From NCBI GenBank assembly GCA_964362215.1, contig CAYIDJ010000002.1, positions 911-64,910 of the forward strand: 64,000 bases of DNA. Reading direction: 5' to 3'. This document shows, one piece after another, positions 38,059-46,743 of this stretch. A model generated the notes under the pieces. That model saw only the letters and a program-made list of their open reading frames with translations, was not told where the DNA came from and made no database searches. Origin of the DNA: an uncultured Candidatus Saccharibacteria bacterium. Lineage in GTDB: Bacteria; Patescibacteriota; Minisyncoccia; UBA6257; XYB1-36-10. A program made the position numbers and the translations under genes. The stretch's first letter is position 1. The number at the start of each line of letters is the position of its first letter.

Positions 38059-39066
38059 ATGAAAATGTCACTGGGAATTGTGGGGATGCCGAACGTGGGA
38101 AAGTCCACCTTGTTTAAGATGCTGACGCGGCAGGAGGTAAATATCGCTAATTATCCGTTCGCGACGGTGGACCCGAACGTGGGAGTGGTGGCGGTGCCGG
38201 ATGAGCGGCTGGAAAAGTTGAATAAGATGTCGCGAAGTGCCAAGAAGATTCCGGCGGTGGTTGAGTTTTATGATATCGCGGGGCTGGTGAAGGGGGCACA
38301 CGAGGGAGAGGGGCTGGGCAACCAGTTTTTAGCCAATATTAGGGAGACGAACGCGATTGTCCACTTGGTCAGGTGTTTTAAGGACGAGGAGGTTATTCAC
38401 GTGGAGGGAGGAACGGATCCGGCGCGAGACGCGAAGGTGGTTAATTTAGAATTGATTTTTAAGGACCTGGAGACGATAGAAAAGCGGATAGGAAGTTTGG
38501 AAAAAGAGGCGAGGGCGGGAGATAAGGAGAAGGCAAAATCGCTTAAGGCGGCGAAGGAAGTGAAGGAAAAACTGCTGGCTGAAAAAATGGTCAACGAGAT
38601 GCCGGAGGAGTTGAGGGAAGACGCGGCGATAAGGGAACTTAATTTACTGACAGCCAAGCCGCAGATATTTTTACTGAACGGGAAAGAGGAGGAGGTGGGG
38701 AAAGAGATAAAGGATTATATTGCTTCTTTGGGAGCGGATTATCTGGTTTTGGATTTGAAAAAAGAAGAGGGGTTGGATAAGTTAATAAAAAAATCGTACG
38801 AGATTTTGGGGCTGATTAGCTTTTTTACCACCGGTGAGGACGAGACGCGGGCGTGGACGATTAGACGCGGGACAAAAGGGCCGGAGGCGGCGGGAACAAT
38901 CCACACGGATTTTGAGGCAAAGTTTATTCGGGCGGAGGTGGTGGGGTGGGAGGAGTTGTTGGCGGCGGGGAGTTGGGCGGCGGCCAAACAAAAAGGAAAG
39001 ATGAGATTAGAGGGAAAGGAGTATGTGGTGAGGGATGGGGATGTGGTGGAAATAAGGCATGGGTAG
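38059..39066 (+). CDS. ychF: ribosome-binding ATPase YchF (Obg-family GTPase with TGS domain)
   Basis: G1 GIVGMPNVGKSTLF. C-terminal TGS segment. Start set at ATG 38059 rather than the TTG 38032 track start. Confidence 0.9.
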   Translation: MKMSLGIVGMPNVGKSTLFKMLTRQEVNIANYPFATVDPNVGVVAVPDERLEKLNKMSRSAKKIPAVVEFYDIAGLVKGAHEGEGLGNQFLANIRETNAIVHLVRCFKDEEVIHVEGGTDPARDAKVVNLELIFKDLETIEKRIGSLEKEARAGDKEKAKSLKAAKEVKEKLLAEKMVNEMPEELREDAAIRELNLLTAKPQIFLLNGKEEEVGKEIKDYIASLGADYLVLDLKKEEGLDKLIKKSYEILGLISFFTTGEDETRAWTIRRGTKGPEAAGTIHTDFEAKFIRAEVVGWEELLAAGSWAAAKQKGKMRLEGKEYVVRDGDVVEIRHG

Positions 39067-39345
39067 TAGAAAGGTATGGTAATTGCTTTTTCCGCTATAT
39101 TTTGCCGGGTACGAACTGGCTCGCTCCAGCGGCGAGCCGTTCTCTGATCTCGCCGGCCGGAAGAACCAAGCCCGGCCGGCTCTGATAGCCCCTCTAAAAT
39201 ATAGCGGGAAAAGCAATAAAAAAATAAAACAATACTTTTTTAGAGGGAGAGTTAGGTAATATAGCGTCCGCCCAAGGCGGATTTTATTTTTATAAAAAAA
39301 CCGCTCAGGGCGAGCGGCGGAAAAAGGGTGGATTTGTCAAATGGT

Positions 39346-40908
39346 TTAGATATGGAAGACGGGGGCGGTGGGGGGAATAGAGTCGGTTTGAGGGGGGAGA
39401 AGGTAGAAGATGTTTTTGGTTTGGCGGTTTTCGGGTGACCAGGTATCGGTTAAGAATATTACGGTTTGGGCGGGCATGGGGAGGCCGCGGACGTCAACGC
39501 CGCCGGAGTCCACAATGACGTATTTTGGAATGGCGGAGGGAAGGGAGTTTATTTGAGCGGCGAGGTCAACATAGTTTTGGTTGAAGGCGCCGGCGGTTTC
39601 AGGATTTTGTCCCCATTTAAGGAAGTAGGTGTCGTAAGTATTTATAGTAATGGTGGCGAGGAAAATTATGGCAAGAGCAAAGAGAAAACGGCGCTGGCGG
39701 GGGAGAATGGTTTTAAGATGTTCATAAACATAGATACCGCCTAAAGCGGAGAGAATAAAGACGGGCGGAATCATCAGAATAGCGCGGAGGGCGTGGGGAA
39801 GGCCTTCGTTAGAAATTACTACCGGTAAGGCAGAGATAAATAACCAAGAAAATAAAATAATCGGAAGTAACAGCGATGAATTATGGACTGGATTCCCGCT
39901 TTCGCGGGAATGACGGAAGAGTGTATAAAGTGAAATGGGGATACCGATTAAGAACAGTATACCGACGGGCCAGTAGAGCTGGGGCGCGCCAGCAAGGTTG
40001 TGGCGCCAGTTGCCGTCGCCCGCAAAATTAAACATAGCGGCGGTTTTGGAGGTATTTATAACCAGGTCTTTAAGAGGAGAAGCGGAAGAAAAGACAGATA
40101 TTTGGGAGGTACGGCCGAGGAAATCGGCGGGGTTATTTAGGAAATACAGGCCGAGCGGGGCGGCGGTGATGACAGCGCCAATGGTGAAGGCGGCGGCGGC
40201 TTGCCAGAATTGTTTGGAGCGCCAGAAGAAAGGAATAAAGACAAGAAAGAGCAGGGGCATAGCGCGGTAGGCGATGTAAGAATATAAACCGAGGCCAAAT
40301 ATTATCCCACTAAGGACGGCGGGGATGATGAATAGCCGCCACCCGGCAGGTTTCGGCCGCGCCTGTTGGCGAGCGGGGGAAATGGATTTAAGAAAAAAAT
40401 AAAGAGCCCAGATGAGAAAAGCAGGAGCCATAATGGCGCGGAAGCCGACGCGGGAGAAGTTGATGTGCCAAAAGCTCACGGCGAGGAAAAAGGAGGAGAG
40501 AAGAGCAGTAACCTCGCCGCGAGAAATCCTAAATCCTATCCGCCAGCTGGCGGACGAAACTCTAAATAATTCTTTGGTTAGGAAAAATAGTCCCAGAACG
40601 GTTAAGATACCGAAGATAGCGGAAGGGAAGCGGAGCGCCCAGGGTTGGGTGGGGGAGATGCCGGAGTTTTCCAAAGAGCCGAGGAAGGCGGCCTGGATGT
40701 TTATGAAAAGTCCTTCGCGGCCGTTGTTTTCGGGGTAGAAAACTTTGTATCCGCCAGCTGGCGGACTTGTGTGAAGCGCTTCCAGAGCGTTGTTGCCATT
40801 CATGGCCTCGTCCGGATAGAGGCCGGGAGGGGTAGAGGAAAGATTATAAAGCCGGAAGAAGGAGGCAATAGCAATTATAAGAATGAGCCAAACCCAAGTT
40901 TTTTTCAT
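39346..40908 (-). CDS. GT-C family glycosyltransferase (ArnT/PMT-like) membrane protein, with in-frame hairpin-repeat insertion
   Basis: N-terminal GLYPDEAMNGNNA motif plus multiple transmembrane helices. Residues HSRESGNPV are encoded by the GGACTGGATTCCCGC...GGGAATGAC repeat. Confidence 0.6.
   Translation of the reverse strand: MKKTWVWLILIIAIASFFRLYNLSSTPPGLYPDEAMNGNNALEALHTSPPAGGYKVFYPENNGREGLFINIQAAFLGSLENSGISPTQPWALRFPSAIFGILTVLGLFFLTKELFRVSSASWRIGFRISRGEVTALLSSFFLAVSFWHINFSRVGFRAIMAPAFLIWALYFFLKSISPARQQARPKPAGWRLFIIPAVLSGIIFGLGLYSYIAYRAMPLLFLVFIPFFWRSKQFWQAAAAFTIGAVITAAPLGLYFLNNPADFLGRTSQISVFSSASPLKDLVINTSKTAAMFNFAGDGNWRHNLAGAPQLYWPVGILFLIGIPISLYTLFRHSRESGNPVHNSSLLLPIILFSWLFISALPVVISNEGLPHALRAILMIPPVFILSALGGIYVYEHLKTILPRQRRFLFALAIIFLATITINTYDTYFLKWGQNPETAGAFNQNYVDLAAQINSLPSAIPKYVIVDSGGVDVRGLPMPAQTVIFLTDTWSPENRQTKNIFYLLPPQTDSIPPTAPVFHI
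39885..39914. repeat. GGACTGGATTCCCGCTTTCGCGGGAATGAC hairpin repeat copy inside a CDS (in frame)
   Basis: Identical element type to 1894-2000. Translated as HSRESGNPV in both the GT gene and the spurious ORF 1800..2048. Confidence 0.7.
40539..40554. repeat. 16-bp perfect palindrome TCCGCCAGCTGGCGGA (copy 1, intragenic)
   Basis: Shares the 19-bp identical stretch TATCCGCCAGCTGGCGGAC with the copy at 40750. Confidence 0.7.
40750..40765. repeat. 16-bp perfect palindrome TCCGCCAGCTGGCGGA (copy 2, intragenic, different reading frame)
   Basis: Encodes SPPAGG here versus SASWRI at copy 1. Relatives CCAGTTGGCGGAGGCGGA at 31627 and 12515. Confidence 0.7.
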
Positions 40909-40923
40909 ATTACAAAATATTTG

Positions 40924-42552
40924 CTACTGGCCACTCTTTTGGATAGCGGCTTTGAGGAAGGCAAGGAAGAGGGGGTGAGGAGTGAGGGGGCGGGATTGGA
41001 GCTCGGGATGAAATTGAGTAGCAAGGAAGAAAGGGTGGTTAGGGAGTTCAAGAATTTCCACCAGATTTTGGTCGGGATTGACGCCGGAGAAGACGAGGCC
41101 GGCGGCGGCAAGTTGGTCGCGATAGTTATTATTGAGTTCGTAGCGGTGGCGGTGGCGTTCGGAGACAGTGTCGGCTTTGTAGGCGCGGTGGGCGAGAGTG
41201 TTTTTAGCGAGGGCGCAGGGGTAGCCGCCCAGACGCATAGAAGCGCCATAGTTTTTGTTTTTTACATTAGCAGCTTGTTCGGGAAGAATGTGAATAATAG
41301 GATGGGGAGTGTCGGGATTGATTTCGGTGGTGTGAGCGTCTTTGAGTCCGACAACGTTGCGGGCGAATTCCACGGCGGCCATTTGCATACCATAACAAAG
41401 TCCCAGGAAGGGGATGTTATTCCGGCGGATGTATTCAATAGCTTTTATTTTTCCTTCAATGCCGCGAGAACCGAAACCGCCGGGAATAATGATGCCGTCA
41501 TAGGATTTAAGCTCTTCCAGAGATACCGGATTTTTCTCAAAAGATTCAGAGTTGAGCCAGTCAATAACGGGGCGGCGTTTAAGGGCATAGCAGGCGTGTT
41601 TGATGGCCTCAATGACGGAAATGTAAGCGTCGGATAAAGTAAAGTCGCCGGAGGAAAAGTATTTGCCGACAATGCCGATGCGGACGGTGTCGGGAAAACG
41701 AGAGATTTTGAAACGCTTGTGCCACTCATGACCATTGCGGCGGCGGGGTTTGAGGCCGAATTTTTTGAGAATAACAGCGGAAAGATTGTCTTTTTCAAAG
41801 TTAATTGGTATCTGGTAGATGGATTTGACGTCGGGGGCGGAGATGACGTTTTCTTTGGGGACGTTGCAGAAGGTGGAGATTTTTTCTTTGCGGGGTTCGT
41901 CCAAAGAGGCGGAAGAGCGGGCGATGATGATGTCCGGCTGGATGCCGGCGGAATTCAGCAGGCGGGTGGCGTGCTGGGTGGGTTTTGTTTTCATCTCGCC
42001 AATCATTTTGGGAGTGGGAAGGTAGCTGACTAAAATAAAAGCTACGTTTTGCGGCTGGCGTGATTTAAGCAGACGGGCGGCTTCCAGAAAGAGCATATTT
42101 TCATACTCGCCGGCGGTGCCGCCGATTTCCACTAAAACAAAATTGGCTGACTCTTTGCGACTGACATGTTCCAAGCGTCTAATAACCTCTTCGGGGATGT
42201 GGGGGACAACTTGGACGCATTTGCCGCCATATTCCAGATTGCGTTCTTTCTGGATGACGGCGAGGTAGATGGAGCCGGTGGTCATGTAGTTGTCACTGGT
42301 TAAAGTGGTGTCCAGGAAGCGTTCGTAGTTGCCCATATCCTGGTCGCACTCGCGGCCGTCATTCAAAACAAATGTTTCACCGTGCTCAATGGGGTTCATA
42401 GTGCCGGCGTCAACGTTAATATAAGGGTCAATCTTGACGGCGGTGACTTTGAAGCCGAGGTCTTTAAGAATCCGCCCGATGGAGGCAGTGGTGACGCCTT
42501 TGCCAACTCCCGACATGACGCCGCCGACTACGAAGATGAACCGTGAAACCAT
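40924..42552 (-). CDS. pyrG: CTP synthase
   Basis: MVSRFIFVVGGVMSGVGKGVTTASIG... N-terminal synthetase domain and C-terminal glutamine amidotransferase domain with GLCYGMQ. Confidence 0.95.
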   Translation of the reverse strand: MVSRFIFVVGGVMSGVGKGVTTASIGRILKDLGFKVTAVKIDPYINVDAGTMNPIEHGETFVLNDGRECDQDMGNYERFLDTTLTSDNYMTTGSIYLAVIQKERNLEYGGKCVQVVPHIPEEVIRRLEHVSRKESANFVLVEIGGTAGEYENMLFLEAARLLKSRQPQNVAFILVSYLPTPKMIGEMKTKPTQHATRLLNSAGIQPDIIIARSSASLDEPRKEKISTFCNVPKENVISAPDVKSIYQIPINFEKDNLSAVILKKFGLKPRRRNGHEWHKRFKISRFPDTVRIGIVGKYFSSGDFTLSDAYISVIEAIKHACYALKRRPVIDWLNSESFEKNPVSLEELKSYDGIIIPGGFGSRGIEGKIKAIEYIRRNNIPFLGLCYGMQMAAVEFARNVVGLKDAHTTEINPDTPHPIIHILPEQAANVKNKNYGASMRLGGYPCALAKNTLAHRAYKADTVSERHRHRYELNNNYRDQLAAAGLVFSGVNPDQNLVEILELPNHPFFLATQFHPELQSRPLTPHPLFLAFLKAAIQKSGQ

Positions 42553-42640
42553 AATACCAAGTTAATTTTATATTAAGTGGCGGGGTAGAGCAATGGAGGA
42601 AGTGGATAGGTTGGTTTGTGTATAATTATGAATAACTTGC

Positions 42641-42780
42641 CAACATACTCTCGCTTAGCGGCAATCAGAAGCCCAGTTTCCTGTTTGTTGGACACGGATA
42701 TTTTTTTGCTAAAAAATTCCTCTGACTCGCACCGCCGTGCTCCGCGCGGTCCAACAAACAGGAAACTGGGCTTCTCTGGC
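42641..42780. repeat. long palindromic element, family B (perfect about 27-bp stems flanking conserved core CTCTGACTCGCACCGCCGTGCTCCGCGCGGTC), with family-C-like 5' lead CAACATACTCTCGCT
   Basis: cagaagcccagtttcctgtttgttggac ... gtccaacaaacaggaaactgggcttctc. Core nearly identical to 5461-5512. Confidence 0.7.
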
Positions 42781-42825
42781 TGATTTATGTGTTTTAAGTG
42801 AGTTGCTCTTAAATTTATCAACCTT

Positions 42826-42880
42826 AAGAGGAAGAGTTGGATGATAATGTAGCCTGCTTGCCGGCAGGCCTTGATTTGTA
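42826..42880. repeat. shared 3' module (GGAAGAGTTGGATGATAATGTAGCCTGC + hairpin)
   Basis: Same GAGnTTGGAT..GTAGCC block as the other composite repeats. GCCTGCTTGCCGGCAGGCC hairpin. Confidence 0.55.
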
Positions 42881-42896
42881 GCAGTACAAACAAAGC

Positions 42897-44021
42897 GTGT
42901 ATAATGGTTTAAAAATGGCAATACAATTTATTTCTAAAGCCAGCCGGAGGGAACTTACCGGGACGGCCATAGTACGGCTGGATTTTAATGACGCGGATGG
43001 GTGGCGGATAGAGCAGTCGGCGCGGACGATAAAGTTTCTGATTAAAAAAGCGGATAAGCTGGTTATTTTGGGGCACCGAGGCCGGCCGAAGCCGTCAATG
43101 CATATAACGCGGAACAATAAAGAGTTCTCGCTTAAGGGAGAGGAAGCGCGTCTGGCGAAAATTGTCGGGCGGTCGGTGGAATTTATCGCTCACAGCCGGA
43201 TATCGGAGGCGGCCAACGAGATACGGAACGCGGCGGTGGGCGCGGTTTTTCTGTTGGAGAATGTGCGGTTTTTAGACGGCGAGGAGGAGAATAACACGGA
43301 GTTGGCGCGGCACCTGGCGTCGCTGGGAGATTATTATGTAAATGAAGCGTTTGCCAACTGCCACCGGGCGCACGCTTCCATGGTGGGGATTACCAAGTTT
43401 GCGCCGAGTTATGGCGGGCTGCGACTGGAAGAGGAAATAGTTAATTTGTCGCGAGTGATGAAGAAGCCGAGACGTCCGCTGGTGATGATATTCGGCGGAG
43501 CGAAGGCGGACTCAAAACTGCCGGTGATTGCGCATTTTCGCAGGCGGGCGGATGCTTTTTTGGTGGGAGGAGCGCTGGGAAATACTTTGCTTTATTTAGA
43601 AGGTGTGAACATAGGGGAGTCAGTGGCGGAGAGAAAAATTGACGGCATGATATTGAAAGTGGCGCGGATGAAAAATATAAAGGGACTGGTTGATGCGCGG
43701 AGACGAGGCGGAAAGATCTTAGATATCGGACCGAAGACAGAGAAGATATTTATGGGGGAGATAAAGCGGGCGAAGACAATTGTTTGGAACGGGCCGTTGG
43801 GAATGATTGAGAAGCGCGGGTTTGAGAGCGGAACGAAGGTGGTCGCTCGGGCGGTGGCGAGAACGAAGGCGTTTTCGGTGGTGGGAGGTGGGGAGACGGT
43901 CAACTTTATCCGCAAGTTGAAACTAGAGAAAAAGATTAGTTTTCTTTCCACCGGCGGGGGAGCGATGCTTGATTTTTTGGCGGGGAAGAAATTGCCGGGG
44001 ATAGAGGCGTTGAGTAAATAA
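42897..44021 (+). CDS. pgk: phosphoglycerate kinase
   Basis: RLDFN..., NCHRAHASMVG, FGGAKADSKL motifs. Start possibly at internal ATG 42915. Confidence 0.85.
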   Translation: MYNGLKMAIQFISKASRRELTGTAIVRLDFNDADGWRIEQSARTIKFLIKKADKLVILGHRGRPKPSMHITRNNKEFSLKGEEARLAKIVGRSVEFIAHSRISEAANEIRNAAVGAVFLLENVRFLDGEEENNTELARHLASLGDYYVNEAFANCHRAHASMVGITKFAPSYGGLRLEEEIVNLSRVMKKPRRPLVMIFGGAKADSKLPVIAHFRRRADAFLVGGALGNTLLYLEGVNIGESVAERKIDGMILKVARMKNIKGLVDARRRGGKILDIGPKTEKIFMGEIKRAKTIVWNGPLGMIEKRGFESGTKVVARAVARTKAFSVVGGGETVNFIRKLKLEKKISFLSTGGGAMLDFLAGKKLPGIEALSK

Positions 44022-44035
44022 ATAGTAGAAATAGG

Positions 44036-44065
44036 AAAAAAGCCCCGAGTAGATCGGGGCGTTTT
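44036..44065. terminator. bidirectional rho-independent terminator (GCCCCGA-gtaga-TCGGGGC, A-run before, T-run after)
   Basis: Sits between convergent pgk and the 44080 minus-strand gene. Confidence 0.65.
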
Positions 44066-44079
44066 AACTATGAAGAGAG

Positions 44080-44478
44080 TTAGTTATCAGACTCTTTCGG
44101 TTCTACGGCGGGGGTGTAGATGACGAAAGCGTCCCACGGATTAGAAAATGAAGTTAGTTTTATTTTTTTATCAATCCTCAAAAAAGACACTCGTATAGAT
44201 TCCCCCTTTTTGAAAGACGAATCCATAGAGGCGACGAGCCAACCGTTGAAGGGAGTGCCGGTATCGGGATCAGCAACGGCAATGTGATAAATCTTACCGT
44301 TTATACCGGGAAGGTCTACCGGTACGGGAACAGAGGTGACGATGGCGTCAAAGACATTGAGATTATTTGGAACGGACACTAAGAGCTCAATGTTTTGGGG
44401 AAGGGGTTGGGCAGCGAAGGCCGGAGTGAAAAAAACGAATAAAAATGTTAAGAAAGGTAACAATCTAAAAAGTTTCAT
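44080..44478 (-). CDS. small secreted protein, hypothetical
   Basis: Signal peptide MKLFRLLPFLTFLFVFFTPAFAA. GGAGAAGAA Shine-Dalgarno sequence. Confidence 0.5.
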   Translation of the reverse strand: MKLFRLLPFLTFLFVFFTPAFAAQPLPQNIELLVSVPNNLNVFDAIVTSVPVPVDLPGINGKIYHIAVADPDTGTPFNGWLVASMDSSFKKGESIRVSFLRIDKKIKLTSFSNPWDAFVIYTPAVEPKESDN

Positions 44479-44580
44479 TATTCTTCTCCTACTTCGATTT
44501 TTAATGTGCAGAGTAAAGCTGATTAGTTTATAATTCAGTTTTTGACTGATGTCAATACTTTTGGACTTACACTACTCGTT

Positions 44581-44618
44581 AAACTATTCTAATGTTCTCA
44601 AGAACATTAGAATAGTTT
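44581..44618. promoter_or_regulatory. 38-bp perfect palindrome AAACTATTCTAATGTTCTCAAGAACATTAGAATAGTTT (operator-like)
   Basis: Lies in the divergent promoter region. Core AATGTTCTYRAGAACRTT also occurs at 51817-51834. Confidence 0.5.
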
Positions 44619-44669
44619 AGAGGTGTTAGTAAGTGGTTTTTTTAAGGGAGACAGTTTAGAATTAGATGA

Positions 44670-45539
44670 ATGAAGAATGAGATAAAACAGAAGAAGATTG
44701 TAGTGCTGTACCATGGGGAGTGTTTAGATGGATTTACGGCGGCGTGGGCGGCGTGGAAAAAGTTGGGGGGGAGGGCGGTTTATATACCGACTTTTTATCA
44801 ACAGCCGTTACCGGAAGGCCTTAAGGATAAAGAGGTTTATATGATTGATTTTTCTTATCCGGCGGAGATGGTTATAAAACTTAAGGCGGCGAATAAAAAA
44901 GTGGTGATTATTGACCATCACCGGACGGCGGAGGAGTCGGCAAAGGCGGCAAACGAGTGTTTATTTGATTTGAAACACTCGGGAGCGTACTTGGCCTGGA
45001 AATATTTTCATCCGGGGAAGCCGGTACCGATGCTGGCGAGGTACGTGGAAGACGGTGATTTGTGGAATTTTAAGCTGCCGGAGGCGCGGGCGATTTTATC
45101 CTGTTTATCCTTGGAAAGATTAGGTAGTTTTGTTAAATGGGAAAAACTGGCGCGGGAGATGGAGACGGCGGGGAAACGCCGCGAGATGGTTAAAAAAGGA
45201 AAATTAATTTTGATTTACGAGCAGGCGATAATTGATTTTATGTCTAAGGAAGCGGAGCTGGTGGAGTTTGAGGGAAAAAAAGTTTTAGCGGTAAACTTTT
45301 CTTACAAGCCGTTGACGTCCGAATTGGCGTATGCCTTGTATAAGAAGCGGCCGCCGATGTCTATTGTCTGGAGAGAGATAAACGGAGAAAAGCGGGTATC
45401 GCTGCGTTCGGACGGGACGGTGGATGTGTCGGCGATAGCGAAGAAGTATGGCGGCGGCGGACATAAGGCAGCAGCGGGATTTAATTTGCCGGCGAGCACG
45501 CTTTTGCCGTGGAGTGGCATAAAGCCGGTCAAAAGTTGA
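44670..45539 (+). CDS. DHH/DHHA1 phosphoesterase (NrnA-like oligoribonuclease/pAp phosphatase)
   Basis: DHH motif IIDHHRT. DHHA1 motif GGGGHKAAAGF. Confidence 0.8.
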   Translation: MKNEIKQKKIVVLYHGECLDGFTAAWAAWKKLGGRAVYIPTFYQQPLPEGLKDKEVYMIDFSYPAEMVIKLKAANKKVVIIDHHRTAEESAKAANECLFDLKHSGAYLAWKYFHPGKPVPMLARYVEDGDLWNFKLPEARAILSCLSLERLGSFVKWEKLAREMETAGKRREMVKKGKLILIYEQAIIDFMSKEAELVEFEGKKVLAVNFSYKPLTSELAYALYKKRPPMSIVWREINGEKRVSLRSDGTVDVSAIAKKYGGGGHKAAAGFNLPASTLLPWSGIKPVKS

Positions 45540-45576
45540 AAGTCCATAAAATTATACAAAGAAGAGAAATTAAAAT

Positions 45577-45651
45577 ATGAAAAAACAATTATTTAATTTA
45601 AACAAGATTGTTATTTATACGGACGGGGGAGCGAGAGGGAATCCCGGACCG
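45577..45651 (+). pseudogene. truncated duplicate of the rnhA 5' end (first 25 codons, about 80% identical to 45764-45838)
   Basis: MKKQLFNLNKIVIYTDGGARGNPGP versus MNNKLFGLNKVIIYTDGGARGNPGL of the full gene. The frame then runs into unrelated sequence and stops. Confidence 0.6.
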
Positions 45652-45755
45652 TCGTCCCTCGGTAAACTCGGGACTCCCACGAACCCAGCGGTTCGTGGAC
45701 TCCGCCACGGGGAAACTCATGTTTCCCCGACCCCTTTCCTCGGTCCAGGATTTTT
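45652..45755 (+). other. about 105-nt GC-rich structured insert between the rnhA fragment and the intact rnhA (stable hairpins CCACGAAC/GTTCGTGG and CGGGGAAAC/GTTTCCCCG bracketed by GGACCG/CGGTCC)
   Basis: GC-rich in an AT-rich intergenic context. Could not be folded as a tRNA. Confidence 0.4.
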
Positions 45756-45763
45756 TAATAACT

Positions 45764-46189
45764 ATGAATAATAAATTGTTTGGCCTAAATAAGGTGATAA
45801 TTTATACCGATGGAGGGGCGAGAGGAAATCCTGGACTGGCGGCGATGGCGGTAATAGTTAACGGGAAGAAGTATGGCGAATATATCGGGAAGGCGACTAA
45901 TAATGAAGCCGAGTACAGAGCGGTTATTTTGGGACTGACGAAAGCGCGACAGATGTTAGGGAAGACGAAGGCGAGAGAAGCGGAAATTGAGGTGCGAATG
46001 GATAGTGAGCTTATAGAGAGGCAGTTGAATGGAGAATATCGGGTGAAAGAGGAGAATCTGAAGGGATTATATGTGGACGCGCACAACCTATGTTTTGAGT
46101 TTAAAAAAGTTATTTTTACGCACGTGCCGCGGGAGAAAAACAGGGAAGCAGACCGGCTGGTGAATGAGGTGCTGAACAGTCAAAAGTGA
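45764..46189 (+). CDS. rnhA: ribonuclease HI (type 1 RNase H)
   Basis: IIYTDGGARGNPG..., EAEYRAVILGL, ...HVPREKNREADRLVNE catalytic DEDD-family blocks. Confidence 0.85.
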   Translation: MNNKLFGLNKVIIYTDGGARGNPGLAAMAVIVNGKKYGEYIGKATNNEAEYRAVILGLTKARQMLGKTKAREAEIEVRMDSELIERQLNGEYRVKEENLKGLYVDAHNLCFEFKKVIFTHVPREKNREADRLVNEVLNSQK

Positions 46190-46230
46190 AAAGTCATAAA
46201 GTCCATTAAATTTTGTTCTTTTAACACCAA

Positions 46231-46309
46231 CTACAATTTTTCCACGGCCGTGGAAAAATTGTAGTAACTATACCTATCCACTTTCAACACATATGAACTG
46301 AAAGTGGAT
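46231..46309. repeat. pair of palindromes after rnhA stop: CTACAATTTTTCCACGGCCGTGGAAAAATTGTAG and TATCCACTTTCAACACATATGAACTGAAAGTGGATA
   Basis: Same two-palindrome arrangement as 37771-37856. Confidence 0.65.
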
Positions 46310-46534
46310 AAAATTATAATTAACTATACTCTAATAACTTTGTTTCAAGAGTGCGGTGGGGAAAAAATTTCTGACACGGCAAAATAAGGACGGGATTATT
46401 TATTTCTGACTATGGGAGTACCTATAGAGAAATGCTGAGGTTATCCACACTTGACACGAGAAATGAGTATTATATAGTGCGTTTGGTACTTTGTGGGCGT
46501 GAATATTAAAGTTATTACTGAAAGGAGAGGTGGA

Positions 46535-46729
46535 ATGGTAGATGGAGAGAAAATAAAAGAGGCCGCGAGTGCGGCTAAAAACCAAAATGAGTTGCACCGT
46601 AATTTCAAACGACTGGGAATACTGGTAGCTAAACTTACGGTGCGCGGCAATGAGTGGAATGCTTTGATTCTTCTTCCTGGGGAAAGGAAGAAAAGATTAT
46701 TGGCTACAATGAGCGGGAGGTGGCTTTAA
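46535..46729 (+). CDS. small hypothetical protein (64 aa)
   Basis: AAAGGAGAGG Shine-Dalgarno sequence. Upstream TTGACA-like promoter. Terminator follows. Confidence 0.45.
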   Translation: MVDGEKIKEAASAAKNQNELHRNFKRLGILVAKLTVRGNEWNALILLPGERKKRLLATMSGRWL

Positions 46730-46743
46730 GGTATTGGCGCTGT

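Noticed and set aside
40645-41637. 330-aa plus-strand ORF antisense to the pyrG / GT-C gene junction
   Set aside because: GC-rich antisense shadow ORF. pyrG on the opposite strand has unmistakable CTP synthase motifs.
45652-45755. Tried to fold the GC-rich insert upstream of rnhA as a tRNA or SRP RNA
   Set aside because: The acceptor stem is only 6 bp with a mismatch. No T-loop GTTCRANYC. No SRP domain-IV GGAA/AGCAG motif.
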